Source of the DNA: Chiloscyllium plagiosum
Lineage: Eukaryota
Assembly: GCF_004010195.1 (NCBI RefSeq)
Contig: NC_057751.1
Location: 7,516,446 to 7,580,445 of the forward strand
DNA length: 64,000 bases
Reading direction: 5' to 3'
Part shown: one piece after another, positions 11,939 through 25,211 of the stretch
Position numbering within the stretch: position 1 is the stretch's first letter
Layout: each line of letters begins with the position of its first letter
Notes under the pieces: generated by a model
Databases searched by the model: none
The model's input: the letters and a program-made list of their open reading frames with translations, nothing else
What the model was told of the DNA's origin: nothing
Program-made: the position numbers and the translations under genes

Positions 11939-13602
11939 AAGAGGCCTCCCAGCTAGCAGTTCATGGCAGCCATTGGAGCTAATGAGGCCCAAATGTTCAT
12001 GTGGTTTCTTGCGTCAGACACCACTGTCAGTAAGATGCACTGTGATTGCTTTCCTTTATGTTAGATCCATCCAACATATATCATGGAGACTAAGTTCTTA
12101 TTTAGATTGGTGCCTGGAAATTTATGAATGACATTATCACAGGGTTTTAGACTTACACATTACATAATATGACTATAATGTAGAATCTCTGACTATTTTT
12201 CTTGTATTTTTCTCTCTTCTTTTCAGTTCGGACCTGAGAGTTGAACTTTGAACAGCAGCTTGTTTTGAAAGAGAATAGAACCAAGACAGATGTTTGCTTT
12301 TGGGAAAAGGCCTGGAACATCATGGAACATAATTGTTTTTCTAAGGATGAATCAGTACTGAGCTTTTGTTATGCTCAGGGCTGACAACTAGTCAGATGTT
12401 AAATTGGGCAAACAAATGTTCATGCTTTGGACACTCTGACCAGTTTATATATTCAAAACGCTTTACCCAAGTTCTCTTGTCGGTGAGGTGGAAAAAGGGT
12501 GACAGAACTCATTCATTTCTTCACAAAATATTGCTTATTATCACACTATGTCAACATTTGCCAAATTCCAACAATATGTATTCTCTATCTAGTTCTATCC
12601 ATCAGAGAAAATATATTACCCACAATGATTCATGTGTTTGAGCTGGACTGCTGGGATCTCCTTAATCACTGACGAAGATGGGTTTCACAGATCAGAGCAT
12701 ACTTTCACTTTCTCTCTGTCTCTCTCCCCAGATGGTTAGAGCTCTTGTTCTGGGCCTGGTTGAGTCTTTGCAGATTCTTCACTGACAGGATGAAATCCAG
12801 GTGTGTGTTCTTGTCTGTCTGCCCTCCCTCCCCCCACCCCTGGCTTCTCCCGATCTTCCTGTTCTGTTGCCTTTGAACAGTGGAGTAATGAGCCGGGTTC
12901 AAAGCATTCAAAGGGTTCGCCCCAACACCCTTCACAGTTGCTATGTTGTGAGGTGTACAGCACACATCCTCAGGCAGTCTGTCCAATGCATATTTCTCCA
13001 ATGCACTACGCTCGATCTGGTTGTAACTAATTTGATCTTGGTTTCCACTCTGCTCTGCAGCTGACAGCAACTGGCTGCTGTTTAATTTGACCAATTTTCT
13101 GTCAGGCCCAATATCTTCAGCTAGGCATCAATTTAGAATGTGAAATTTTAGGCCCATGGTCATTTGACTATATAAAGGAGCACTGGTGCTAACCAGAGAG
13201 AATGTTGACTGAGGAGAAGACAGTTCTGACTGGATTTTACCAAGACGCAGACTGATTTTTGACAACATCCACAGAGCATTGCTTTTTTTCCCCCCCTCTC
13301 TCTCGAATTTTAGAGTCATAGATTTACTGTGCAGAAAAAAACCCTTTCACACCAGCTTTCTGAGAAATGTGCAACAAGACATCAGTCATGACCCACATTT
13401 TGGGCAGTCTTTTGCAATGATTAAAACTGTACATTCAATTTGCAACACTTGGCTCACAATCCCATTTGCCTTCACATTGAAGAAGTCTTTTGCTGTGCAA
13501 TTGCAATGTTATGAAGGTTTCTACCTCTATCACCATTACAGACATTCCAGTGTTCTATCTAGTTAGTCAATGATCAAATGTTCTCAGAAAATAATCCCAG
13601 TC

Positions 13603-14092
13603 TGTAAGGAATAAGTAAACATTTGTCAGAGTCGACTGAAACTGTTTGTGTTAACAGGTGACTTCAGAAGACAAACAAAATAGACAAATCGACACGAACA
13701 TTGTCCAAGGATTTCATGACAGCCTGGTATCCATCATCGTAAACTGTTTATTGAACTGGCAAATTACAATTCTTTTATCTCTTTTTAAATTTTCCCCTTA
13801 ACTGTATTTGTCTGTCTGTCAGAGAGTGAGGGTTATGAGAGAAAAATAGGCTTTAAATTGTTTGATTAGATTACTTTGATACTTATCTCTGTTCTGCTAA
13901 AGTTACATAATTAAAATAAATCATTAATTTTTCTTTAAGTTACAAACCTGGTGTCCAAGATCTGTTATTCATGAAATCTAGTTAGGAACATTGGGCAATT
14001 TTGAGGGTCACTACATGTTTTAATTTCACAGTGTTGCAAATCCAATGGTAGTGAGACTGATTTGATTTGACTTGTTTCCCTGTATTGTAACA
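13603..14092 (+). mobile_element. Possible degraded solo LTR
   Basis: Starts TGTAAG, ends TGTAACA, with an internal AATAAA. No TSD found. Confidence 0.3.
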
Positions 14093-14974
14093 ATACCACA
14101 CATCGCTGACTGCAATGTATATACAGTGCACTGACTCCACTGCAATGTGACTGCTGAAAGGGACATGAGGACTTTCAAACTGGAAGTCAGATGCCAGTGA
14201 AACATCTTCAAGATACGCTGCCTTTCTAGGAATTATGCAACAATACAGTAGTCATGACCTACATTTTGGGTGGTCCTGCTCGAGAGAGTAGAAGCCCAGT
14301 ATCCTCAATCTCTCCTCAAAGGACAATCCTGCCATCCCAGCAATCAGTCCAATGAACCTTGGTCCCTCTTCCTCTTCAGCAAATATGGTGGCTGCTTGTA
14401 TATCTTGGAAAAGGCAAAACCTTGGTTGTGGTAATTGCCTTGTTTTTTTCAAACTTTTGAAATGATTGTTTCCTGAAGAGGAGGCAGAAAGTCTGTATTC
14501 ACATTTGCCAGAGTATTATGACGCTGTGAGATGTTGTAATGTGACCCATGTATCATGGCAGCAGTTTAGACAATGTGCACAGCTGAGAATGGCTTGACAA
14601 ACACACACAAAATTGGTTTGCCTTTAAATATAATAACAAGCAGAATATTTTATGATTGGGTTTTTAATATTTGATGACTCGGCGATGATTTATACAAGGT
14701 AATGCGTTGAACTACTGACGTTACTTTAATATTTAAAGACTCTTCTTAGAGTTTACTAAATTAATTTTTGAATCTTATTGCCTCTTGCTCACGTCCACAC
14801 CAAACTGCAGGCAGCATGAGAGGGGCCACGTTCAAACAGATGTCTCATTTGGGCAGTAGGTGTCAAAATCACAGCAAAGGTTTTCCTACCCCATTCACGT
14901 CAACCACTAATGCCGAACAATAAGCCATGGGGTGCGATCATTGGGCTCTGTACCATTCTCCTCCAGAGGAAGAG

Positions 14975-15330
14975 ATAGGCAGCTACATAGTGGCAATGTC
15001 AATTCATCTTAATCCCGATTCCCAGGCTAATCACCTGGGGGGCATGGATGCAAATCCTGCCATGGCAGCTGGTGGAATGTGAATACAATGACCTGAAATC
15101 TGGAATTTTAAAGCCAGTGTCAGTTTAAGTTGACACAGAACTGTTGTTAAAAACAAAGAGACCCATCTGATCAATCCACTTTTTTTTCAGGGAAGGAAAG
15201 CTTGTGCTTCTCTGGCCTGGCCCAGATACACAGATCAACTTCAAACCCATAGCAACACGGCTGACTTTTAAGTGCCCTGGAAAATGGCCAAGCTTGCCAC
15301 TGAATTGACCTTTGCAATGGGCAACACATT
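14975..15330 (+). mobile_element. SINE-B copy (degraded)
   Basis: gcaaatcctgccatggcagctggtggaat...acccatctg...gggaaggaaa body. Confidence 0.7.
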
Positions 15331-16404
15331 TTATTTGAGTTATTATGTCACGTACTAAAGTACAGTGACAATTTTTGATTTGCGTACAGTACAGACAGAT
15401 CATCCCATTCAAAGTGCATAAGGAGGGTATTAAGGTAAGTAAGAATAAGATCTGCTGTAGAGAGCTTGCAAAGAATTGCCATTCATCAGCACCACCTTGT
15501 CCAGTTCTGGCCTTGCTAGCGATGCCCAACATTCCACCAAGTGAGAAATCATGGAAAAGCAGACTCCTGAATGATTCATCTGCCCTCTCGTTTGACCGAA
15601 GGCACAAGCTTTAAAACTGCTGTTGTGTTAATTATATTATGCTGGTTACAGCTGAACAGGAGAGTGTTCGCACTGATCAAGTCTCTTGAGCACAAATAAA
15701 AAGGGGCTGAAGAAGTGACACTTCTACCAAAGAAGCTCTGGGTTCAAGGTCCACTTAAGGACTCGATGGCCACGGAAAGTATGTCAATGCTTATTGATTA
15801 TTAATCTGTAAATCCTCTCTATGTCCATGTCCTGGTCAGATAGAACTATAGCCCAGCTGCAGCGGAACACCCTACCCATATTAGGAGAGTTCACCTATGG
15901 GGCGACCACACACAAAAATCAGAACCAATCATTGGGGATCATTCATTTGCACAGAGAGTTCATTGATCATTGGGTGTAGAAAAGAGAAATATGCAATTAG
16001 AGGAAATTCAGAAAAATCAAGAGATAAAAAAAGACTTGGACAGTTCTTTTATCATGTGTTTGCATTCGTGACAGACTGGTGAGGAGAATGCAAAATTCAA
16101 CATCGTCTTCATGCCTAGACTTCAAGGTAACACTATTTATTGTATGTTAATAAGACCTACGGCTATGCATGTTCATACACTCTGATACATTGTTACATGA
16201 GCTTTGGATCAATATCTTCTTGGTGTGCTCATGTCCATGTGCTATGTGTTTCTTTCTGTGATTCGCACTCTTGTGTATCTCCCAAAGTGTTCCATCATTC
16301 CACAAGGCGCATCCAAATTACACCCACAAGTTGCAATATCGATCCAGTGATGCGTCTTCTGTGACATCACTGCAAGGTTGATCCAGGGTCTCAATTCCCC
16401 GACA

Positions 16405-17435
16405 GAGTCATAGAGATATTTGGCATGGAAATAGGCACTTTGGTCCAATTCATCCGTGCCGACCAGACATCCCATTTGCTCGCATTTGCCCCAAATCCCT
16501 CTCTGCCCTTCCTATTCATGTATTCATCCAGATGCCTTTTAAATATTGTAATTGTACCACCCTCACCACTTCCTCTGGCAGCTCATTCCATATGCACACC
16601 ACCCTCTGTGTGACAAAGTGATCCCTTAGGTCCGGTTAAATCTTTCCCCCTCACACTAAACCTATTTCCTCTAGTTTTGGATTCCCTCACCCCAGCCAAC
16701 CCCAACACCTTGGCTATTCACTCTATCCATGCCCCTCATGATTTTAAAAAACCTCTAAAAGGTCATCCTTCAGTCTCCAATGTTCCGGGGAAATAAACCC
16801 CAGCCTGTTCAGCCTCTCCCCAGAGCTCAAACCTTTCAGTCCCAGCCACATCCTCGTAAATCTTTTTAGCACCTTGAGGTTTTACAGCATGCTTCTGATA
16901 GAAGGCCACCAGAATTGTATGCAGTATTCCCAAAATTGCTTCACTAGAGTCCTGTACAGCCACCACATGACATCCCAACTCCTTTCCTCAATGTTATGAC
17001 CAATGAAGACAAACGTGGCAAGTGCCCTCTTTACCACCCTGTCTAGCTGTGACTCCATTTTCAAGGTACCAAGCACCTGCACCCATAGGTCTCTTTGCTT
17101 GGTCCAACAGTTAAGTCAAAAAGACCTGCCTTGGTTTGCCTTACCAAAATACAACACCTTGCATTTGTTTAAATGAAATTCCATCTGCCATTTCTCAGCC
17201 TCTTAGCCCATCCAGTAAGGTCCCATTGTACACTGAGATAATCTTCTTAATGTCCACTGCACTACCTACTTTGGTGTCATCTCCAAACTTACCCACCATG
17301 CCTCCTACATTCACATCCACATCCACATCCAAATCATTGATATAACTGACAAAAATCAGTGGACCCAGCACTGATCCTTGTGGTGCACCATTGGCCACAG
17401 GCCTCCAGTCCAAAAAACAACTCTCCACCATGTAA
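16405..17435 (-). mobile_element. CR1/HER1-type LINE 3' ~1 kb
   Basis: Translations GAPQGSVLGPLIFVSYINDLD, KFGDDTKV and EYCIQFW, with a tail ending (ctatgactct). Confidence 0.95.
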
Positions 17436-18089
17436 CAATTCTTTGGTAAATTCACTTGCGTTAAATTGCTTTTCAAAGTACTGTAAGGATGCGGGGGAGG
17501 GTGTATGGGTTGAGGTGATATTTAGGAAACAAGAGACATGGGATGCCACATTATATGAACAAACCAACTGCAAAGTTGGCCTTTACCTACTGTGATGGGG
17601 AGACAATGGGTTTGTGAGAGCAGGGTCCCATTGTAACAGGAACACAACTGATCTCAGTCAGTCACAGTTCCATGGAGTGATCACTAATGCTGCCCAATGG
17701 CATGTGGCCACAGCCTCCAGTGTGGGAAGCCTTGAACTACAACATTAAAAAGTGGATATGTGTCTCGTTCCCTACTTCCACCATCTGGCTTGGGAGTCAA
17801 TTGGCATCATGTTCCTGCACAACTTGCAATGAAGATCTCAGTGTCTAGATTATTATGACAACAATAACTTGCCTTCACACAGTATTTCAAATACAGTGTA
17901 ACATCCACAGTTACTTCACAGGACCTTTATCAAAGACACCAGGAGACATTCCACACACAAAGACACCAGGAACAAAATGCTCAGTCCAAGATGTTGTGTT
18001 CGGTTGCAGATTGGGGCAATTCACCTTCTGGTGCAAATACAAGAGGTCTTGATGATTGGCTGAAGTAAACTGCAAGATGTTTCTTCTCA

Positions 18090-18195
18090 GAAGAACAGAA
18101 ATTGCTGGAGAAACTCAGCAGGTCTGTCAGCAATTGTTGGAGAGAGAGAAACTGAATTCTTCATTTCTTCTGTGATGCTACAACCTGCACACAGT
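18090..18195. mobile_element. Penelope-derived mini-element remnant
   Basis: tgctggagaaactcagcaggtctgtcagca arm. Confidence 0.55.
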
Positions 18196-18529
18196 GATAT
18201 GAGTGGTTCCATCATGCTGCTCTTCATATAAGCAAGTGAATCAGGAGCAAGCGTGGGCCATTTGGACCTCCACTCTGCGCCACCGTTCAATAAGATCATG
18301 ATTGAATTGTTTGAATTCTTAATTTCACAACCCTAACTATGCCTTCCAGCACTCTCCACTGACTGTTTCAGATTGACTCTGTGATATGAACAGCAAGCTA
18401 TTAACCATTTCAGACTCACATGCAACACAAGATTGCCTTTAAGGAGCACCATAAAGAGTGAAACAGAATTGGAGAGGGAGGGAGTTTCTGAGATTGGGGC
18501 CTTGGCAGCTGCAAGTGTATCAGTGCAAC

Positions 18530-18870
18530 TCCCCCAAGATGCTTTGCAGTAACTCACCAAACACTCTGTGACAGCATCTTCCAATCCCTCAACCTCTATG
18601 TCGCAGAACAAGGGGGCAGGGGACACATAGAAGATTGCCATGTGCAATTTCCCCACCAAGTCATATGACATCTTAACTTAGAATTTTGTCACCGTTCCCT
18701 CTCTATCATGGGATCAAAACCCTGGAACTTTGTTGATTATCACACCATGGGTGTCCCTCCATGAAATGGACTCTAGCTGTCAAGACAATAGCATCCCAGC
18801 ACCATCTCAAGTATAATTAGGGTTGGACAACAATTGGTGGCTTCATCAGCAGCACCCAAAAGCTGAAAAT
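18530..18870 (+). mobile_element. LINE-B 3' end (non-LTR element, clade not determined)
   Basis: Homologous to 25260-25510, 46020-46435, 52060-52555 and 54040-54235. Ends in the tail shared with SINE-B. Confidence 0.7.
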
Positions 18871-20552
18871 AAAATTGGGGATGCACAAGAGGTTCAAGTT
18901 GGAGAAACACCTTGCAGAGTTGAACAGAATTACAGAGGTAGGGAGGGGCAAGGATTGGAGGAACACTAAGCTAACCAGGAGTCCAAATAGGTTGGTGAAC
19001 ATGTAGTTGCTTGCCATCCATGGATTTGCCAGAGAATCAAACTTGGATGACATCAAGCTTATGGAAGGTGCAAGGTGAGAGTCAAAACAGAAACGTGACT
19101 TATTTCTGACGCAGTATCATCTGATAGCATGGATGGTATTGATGCTTTTGTGGGGTCCCTAGGAATATGCCAATATTTTCTGAATGCGGGAAAAAGTGTT
19201 TCAGCGGGTGGGGGTTCTCCACACATACTCGCCCCTTCCCCTACACAAACCATCGACGTGGCAACCTTTTGAAGATCATCAGTAGAGATCTCCAAAAACA
19301 ATGCAGATCTAGGTTGTGCAGGTTTCAAGATTTGGACTTGGTGCCAGCCACATTCAGCCACTGCACCTAAGATAGGAGGAGAGAGAAGTGGGCCTCATCA
19401 AGGTGACATGTTTTGTCTTTCAATGCAATGCAAAGCAGGCACTTTCACTGGCATCGCCCTATCCTTGCATCTCTCTTCATCAACCATGGCCAATTGCTTT
19501 CCACAGGGATGCACACACAGTTTGCTCAGCAGCAGGCCACTATTTCATCAGGCAATGGGCTGCTGCTGGTGACTCAGATGTTGGTGACTCAGATGATGTA
19601 TAAAGAAACTGACGTGTTGCAGTAACGAAAATCAGGTCAGCTCCAATGGGAGACAAGACAATCGAAAAGCATTTTGTCTAGGAGGATGGATGAAGAGAGA
19701 TTCTTTACTCCTAACAGAGAGACATTCAAAGATCAGTTCTCTAATGATGCATACAATTGCAAAGCACAGACATCAGTCACAAGTACCTCGCTGACAAATG
19801 AAGACATCAGCTTGTTTTTAGTTCTCAATTCTATCTCCCAACTCCCCAGAGCATTTCTGGAACCAAGTTTCACAAACTACCTTGCCTCATCTTCATTTTC
19901 ATGCCCAGACTGAGGGTGACTGCACAATGCAGCGTGATCAAGACAGATCCTGTTATTCCCTTCTTAACATGTGTGGGTTGGTCAGTGCTGTGGGTGAAAA
20001 GCCGTCAACTCCCCTGTGGAAATACATTCAACTTCAGTCCAAATCAGTGACCTGGTAAGAATCAAATGCAAAATAACTCCAAGCCTGTAGCCCAGATCTG
20101 ACTGAAGTCTGGCCACACCGCACTTAAATCCATATTTTCCCCACTTTCAGAAATTATTTGTTGTGAATTGGCAGGCTGACTCAGCTGAGGATTGTTAATG
20201 CAGGGAAATGGTATACTTTCCAGTTTGGACACGAGCCACTTCAGGTCCAAGACCGCAATTCCAATCAGTGTCTCTAAAAATGCAATGCAATAAAATGTTG
20301 GGAAAAAAAAAATTGTACAATGCCTTTCCTGAGCTCGGGCCGCACCAAAGTGCATTCAATCAGCAAAATATGTTTGAAATGGAGTTTGAAATCGAAGAAG
20401 TATTGCAACCAAAAAGCACATAACAATCTCCCCCAAACAGAATGACAATAATTATCAGAGTATCAATTCCAGTCTTGGTGCAGGATCAATATTGGACAGG
20501 ACATGATGAAGAACATTGTGCTCCTCTTCAAAATGTATCTTGGTTCTTGTAT

Positions 20553-20735
20553 GTGTTGCTGGAAAAGCGCAGCAGGTCAGGCAGCATCCAAGGAGCAGGA
20601 GAATCCACGTTTCGGGCATGAGCCCTTCTTCAGGAAACTCGAAACGTCGATTCTCCTGCTCCTTGGATGCTGCCTGACCTGCTGCGCTTTTCCAGCAACA
20701 CATTTTCGGCTCTGATCTCCAGTCCTCACTTTCTC
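20553..20735. mobile_element. Penelope-derived palindromic mini-element with exact 14-bp TSD
   Basis: Long inverted arms. TSD CTTGGTTCTTGTAT at 20539-20552 and 20736-20749. Hammerhead-like core on minus at 20606-20633. Confidence 0.9.
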
Positions 20736-20844
20736 CTTGGTTCTTGTATATCTACAAGAGAGGCCAGATGGAGCTTCACCAGAATGTCTGACCTGAAAAT
20801 GACACCTTTACCAGAGTCTCTTCACAGAATTGTTACAGACAGGA

Positions 20845-21510
20845 GACGATTGACCTTATAATCTCTATACTTGCGCTCCAAATGAGCACCTCACCCAGTG
20901 CTGTTCTCCTGCCTTCTCCTCTTAGCTCTGCACATCTTTCTTTTTCAAATGTCAAATCAATTTGCTTTTTGAATGCCTCGTTCGAACCTTCCTCCACAAT
21001 ATTCTCATGCTGTGTATTCGAGAACCTTGCCACGTGCTGTGTGAAAAATACTTTCCTCATCTCAAGTGGGCTTGTTGTATCAATGATTTTTACTTGTGTC
21101 CTCTTGTTCTTGAGACTTTCATGCATGGGAACATTTTCTTCCTATTTACTCTGACACCATGACTTGTGGCTTTTCATAATCAGATCTCCTCTCCATGAAG
21201 TACATTTCTCCAATTTATCTTCACAACTCTTCTGCAGTTTCTCCAATTTATTCACTCTGCCTGCAACCACGGTGAAAAGACAGGATGCAAGACTTCCGTG
21301 GAGGCCAAATCAGGTGTGTTTTATACAATGTCCAACATAACATCCTTGCTCTTGTACTCCATGTCACTGTTAATGGAGCCAAGAACACTGCATGCTTCAT
21401 TAACAATGCTATGTCAAACTTCCCTGCCACCTTTAATAATTTACACTCAAATGGATCTCTCAGCTCTTGCACTCCCTTGTGGGTTGTACCCTTTATGTTA
21501 TAACTGCACT
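20845..21510 (-). mobile_element. Old CR1 LINE 3' fragment
   Basis: Translations RKVFFTQHVARFSN...EAFKKQID and LKVAGKFD...LYKT. Confidence 0.75.
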
Positions 21511-21974
21511 TGCTGACAACCAGAACCACCATTCAACAGAGTGGCAAATACGAAAAGAATATTAACAATAATGAACAACAAAATAATGAAAAACAAAATA
21601 ATGAAAATGTATACTGGCTAAGAGAAATAAAGTGCTAAACAACTTCAATTTTCAGAAAAATGGCTACATATTACATATGTGTGTGGTCATGTGTAGTTGG
21701 CAATCATCACTGGATCACTGGGGTCAATCAATTTTTCAGTATTTGACATTGTCTCTCCATGTGCTTCCTCCCCGAGTCTGTCGACTCACACTTCACCAGA
21801 TTGAATTTCATCTGCTACCTTTCCTTACTCCCATTAATCCGCGAATAATCTTCTGAATTTCTGTTTGTTGTCAATCACTCATGAATGCGTCTGCCTCAGT
21901 AAGTCCATCTCACTGGTTCAGTGGCAGCAAGAATTTAGGTGATGATCTTCAAGGCAATGGAGAGTAGGAAGATT

Positions 21975-22250
21975 ACGCAAAAGTTCTCACACTTCTTTTT
22001 GTCTCCTTTCTTGAAGACGGTCTTGATGCGCCGCATCTCAGAGGTCGGCAGGGATATCTTCATGGTCTCAGATTTTCAGCAACAGCTGACGGAGATAACA
22101 GGTCAACTCTGCTCTTCCAAATTTGGAAATCATGGCTGAATCCCATCTACTCTCACCACTTTTCCATTCTTCATGGAGCTAATGGAGGTGTCAATTTCTG
22201 CCTCACTCGATAGGAGTCAAGATCAGCTTTGATGGAGAGTTGGGGGAATT
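21975..22250 (-). mobile_element. RTE-clade LINE RT fragment (frameshifted)
   Basis: Minus-strand translation EAEIDTSISSMKNGK..DGI...TVFKKGDKKKCEN resembles the RTE RT N-terminal blocks. Confidence 0.6.
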
Positions 22251-22309
22251 CCTCAAATAAGTTTGTACTGTGGTTTAGGAGTTTTTATGCTGTCCTCCTG
22301 ATAATTTAT

Positions 22310-22730
22310 AAGCTGCCACCTTTTCCAGTCATCCACAAATTCTGATATTATACCCTGTACATCAAGGTACAGACCATTTCTCCATCAGATCACACTAAGG
22401 TCCCAATGCTGGCCACAATGGATTTCTAGATAAGGGGAGAACCCTACACACCTTTCTCCAGCCTGAAAACATCCAACCACCATCACATGCTGTTTCCTGT
22501 CACTCAGCCAATTTTGTCTCGCTGATGCTATTTTCCATTTTATTCCATGATCTCTAACATTTCTCAAAGATGTGCGGTGCAACATAGTATCAGATGCCTT
22601 CTGCGAGTCCAAGGCTATGCCATCAATGGCAATGCCCTGATCACGTATCCTCTCTGTTGCTTCATCCAAAAAAAAAATCCAGTAAGCTCAGCAAACATGG
22701 TTTCCTCTTGAGAAGTCAATGCAACATGTT
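22310..22730 (-). mobile_element. Old CR1 RT fragment
   Basis: Translation ALDSQKASDTMLH...HGIK...NWLSDRKQHVMV, matching DFQKAFDKVPH...NWLSDRKQRV. Confidence 0.75.
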
Positions 22731-23154
22731 TTCCCAGTTCAATTCAGTGCCACACTAAGGAATAAGGGCCTGTGATCGACAAAGATGTTTGTGTCCTGTT
22801 CCTGCATGTACGTCCATGCAAAGCTCCAAGCTGAGCACTTTGGAAGTTGAATGTCAAGAGTGTTGCGATTGGGTGTCTAATGGAGGGCCATGTGTCTGCT
22901 GTTTGTATTCAGTCAGGTGATCATTCCGAATCAAAACTTCTTAGATCTGTGTTCTAAAAACATTTGTGATTGCACAGGGAGCTCTGATGCCTGCCTGTGA
23001 CTGGGTCACATTACATTGTCCAGACAAACTTCTGAGGGAAGCTTTCAGAAATCTGTTTCAAACGTGTTATGGCTCCAATAAGCATATCCAAAGATGTAGA
23101 TGAATGCCTAGTGATAACCTAGATTTAAATGGCTGAAGAGAAAAGTTAATCCTT

Positions 23155-23470
23155 CATAGTTTCCCTGCAGCGGGGAAAGAGGCCATTCGGCCCATCGAAT
23201 CTGCACCATCCCTCAGAAGAGCATCCCATCTACACCCAATCCTCATAACCCAACATTTATCAGAGCTGACACATCCAGTCACCCTGGACACTACGTGCAA
23301 CTTCACATGGCCAATTCACCTAACCTGCATATCTTTGGACTGTGAGAGAAAACCCACGCAGACACAGAGAGAATGTGCAAACTTCACACAGACAGTCGTC
23401 CATGGCTGGAATCGAACACGAGTCCCCGGCGTTTTGAGACCGCAGTGCTAACCATTGAGCCACTGCGCTG
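23155..23470 (-). mobile_element. HE1-type SINE
   Basis: V-SINE body and tRNA head. Confidence 0.9.
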
Positions 23471-24008
23471 CTATTCCCATGGGTTATGGCTTGGAAATGT
23501 ACTCAGTCACCTAGTTTGTATGAGAAGCAATATATCATGTCTGATTCATCACTTTGTGCATCAAACAGTGAATGTGATTTCCAGCACGTCCTGTCAACAC
23601 ACCAAGTCAAGCTGCAAATGGAGGTGGTACCATTCATTTATCACCTCAGTATATTCACTGTCATCCCACCATTATGTAGTGAAATATAACCCATATTCTC
23701 TGCTGTGAAGTGGAAAACTGAAGGGACTCAAGGTCTGACATGAAGATGTCTTGCTGTCAATTCTTGCAGCCTCAGCATTTGAAAGTGACAATGAGCGAGA
23801 GAGCAAGAGGGAGGCAGAGACTGAAGGAAAGGAACCATTGCGCGAGAGAGACAAAGAAATGAGGTAGAAAGAGAGGCAAGCAAGGAAGCAGAAAGAGAGT
23901 TACAGAAAATTTAGCAGACACAAAGATAGAAAACTAGGAAGAGTGCTGACAGGAAAATCAGCAAAGAAATGAGCAGCAAACATGGAAATGGGTCTTGAAC
24001 TCAACAAA

Positions 24009-24332
24009 GGGGCAGCTCGGTGGCTCAGTGGTTAGCACTGCTGCCTCATAGCATGAGGGATTTGGGTTCGATTAGTCTGCATGGAGTTTGCACATCTCCT
24101 CATGTCTGTGTGGGTTTCCTCTGTTTTCCTCCCACAGTCCAAAGATGTGCAGGTTGGGTGGTTTGGTCTTGTTAAGATGTCCATAATGTTCAGGGATGTA
24201 TAGGTTAATTGCATTAAGTTAGGGGTAAATGTGGAGTAATAGGACAGGCGAATGGGTCTGGGTGTGTTACTCTTCGGAGAGTCAGTGTGGACTTGTTGGG
24301 CTAAATGGCCTGTTTCCACACTGTAGGGAATC
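24009..24332 (+). mobile_element. HE1-type SINE
   Basis: A box TGGCTCAGTGG, body and CR1-like tail. Confidence 0.92.
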
Positions 24333-24414
24333 GAAGCTCTAATTGCCATGCACACGTATTTAACCAGTGTGTCCCTTTCAGGAATCACACCATAGGTGCA
24401 GTATGTGATTGAAA

Positions 24415-24985
24415 ATATACATATTGTGAATGCTGGAGATCTGAAGTGAAATATGAACAAGCTGAGATGTGGTGGTGGATGGGGACTGTTCAGGCTGACT
24501 TTCAAGGAAGAAGAAGAGACCTTCAGATTATCACCGTGGGGGATGGATGTGGGGAGGGACTGCGCATTGGTGGTGAAGAGATGGCAGACTGGGACCATTC
24601 AAGTGGAATTTGTAGAACCAACATCAAGGGTCAGCAAAATCATGAATCGAAGTCGGAAGACACTGAAGAAAGAGTCAAGGTAGGAAGAAACAAGTTCACT
24701 GGGGCAGGAACAGGCTGAAATGATGAGCCTGTGAGCCAGTCCTCTTTGTGCATTTTGGGATTTTGTATCAGGAGAACAGATCTATTTTGGACCATTCACC
24801 CTGATTTTACATCCCAATCTCTTCCCTACCATCATTTGCACTCACCATCTGTTCCACTCGCTCCTCCATCCCCTTTGTGAACAGCATAAAAACCTTTGTT
24901 TTCTCGCCCCCTTCAATTTTGAAGAACAGCCACAGGGTTTGAAACATCAAGTCTGTTTTTCTCCCCTCTCAGCAGTTTATTTTTA
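24415..24985 (-). mobile_element. Penelope-like element remnant: RT fragment (minus) flanked by pseudo-LTR pieces
   Basis: Minus translation PKMHKED...IISACSCPSELVSSYLDS and LFTTNAQSLPTSIPHGD, matching Penelope RT PKIHK..RPIVS and FTMDVQSLYTSIP. A degenerate hammerhead-type tail lies at ~24918-24960 on plus. Confidence 0.8.
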
Positions 24986-25145
24986 TTGCGTGTGTTAAGT
25001 GTTGGTAATGCAAAATGGTACGTTGAACAGGACTTCACAAACAAGGCAGAGAAGGTGAGGACTGCAGATGCTGGAGATCAGAGTCGAAGAGTGTGGTGCT
25101 GGAAAAGCACAGACGGTCAGGCAGCAACCAAGGAGCAGGAGAATC

Positions 25146-25173
25146 GACGTTTCAGGCATAAGCCCTTCATCAG
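25146..25173 (-). ncRNA. Minimal type I hammerhead ribozyme motif
   Basis: CTGATGA-A-GGGC-TTAT-GCCT-GAAA-CGTC on minus. Confidence 0.7.
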
Positions 25174-25183
25174 GAATGGTTTC

Positions 25184-25211
25184 CTGATGAAGGGCTCATG
25201 CTCGAAATGTC
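25184..25211 (+). ncRNA. Minimal hammerhead ribozyme motif (slightly mutated)
   Basis: CTGATGA-A-GGGC-TCAT-GCTC-GAAA-TGTC. Confidence 0.6.

Noticed and set aside
12705..13124. ~140-codon open frame on minus with a weak acceptor
   Set aside because: No recognisable homology, runs through low-complexity sequence, and has no supporting neighbouring exons.
19561..19600. Tandem TGACTCA (AP-1) sites and an adjacent CAG/CTG hairpin
   Set aside because: Explained by a single 15-bp slippage duplication; too short to support a function.
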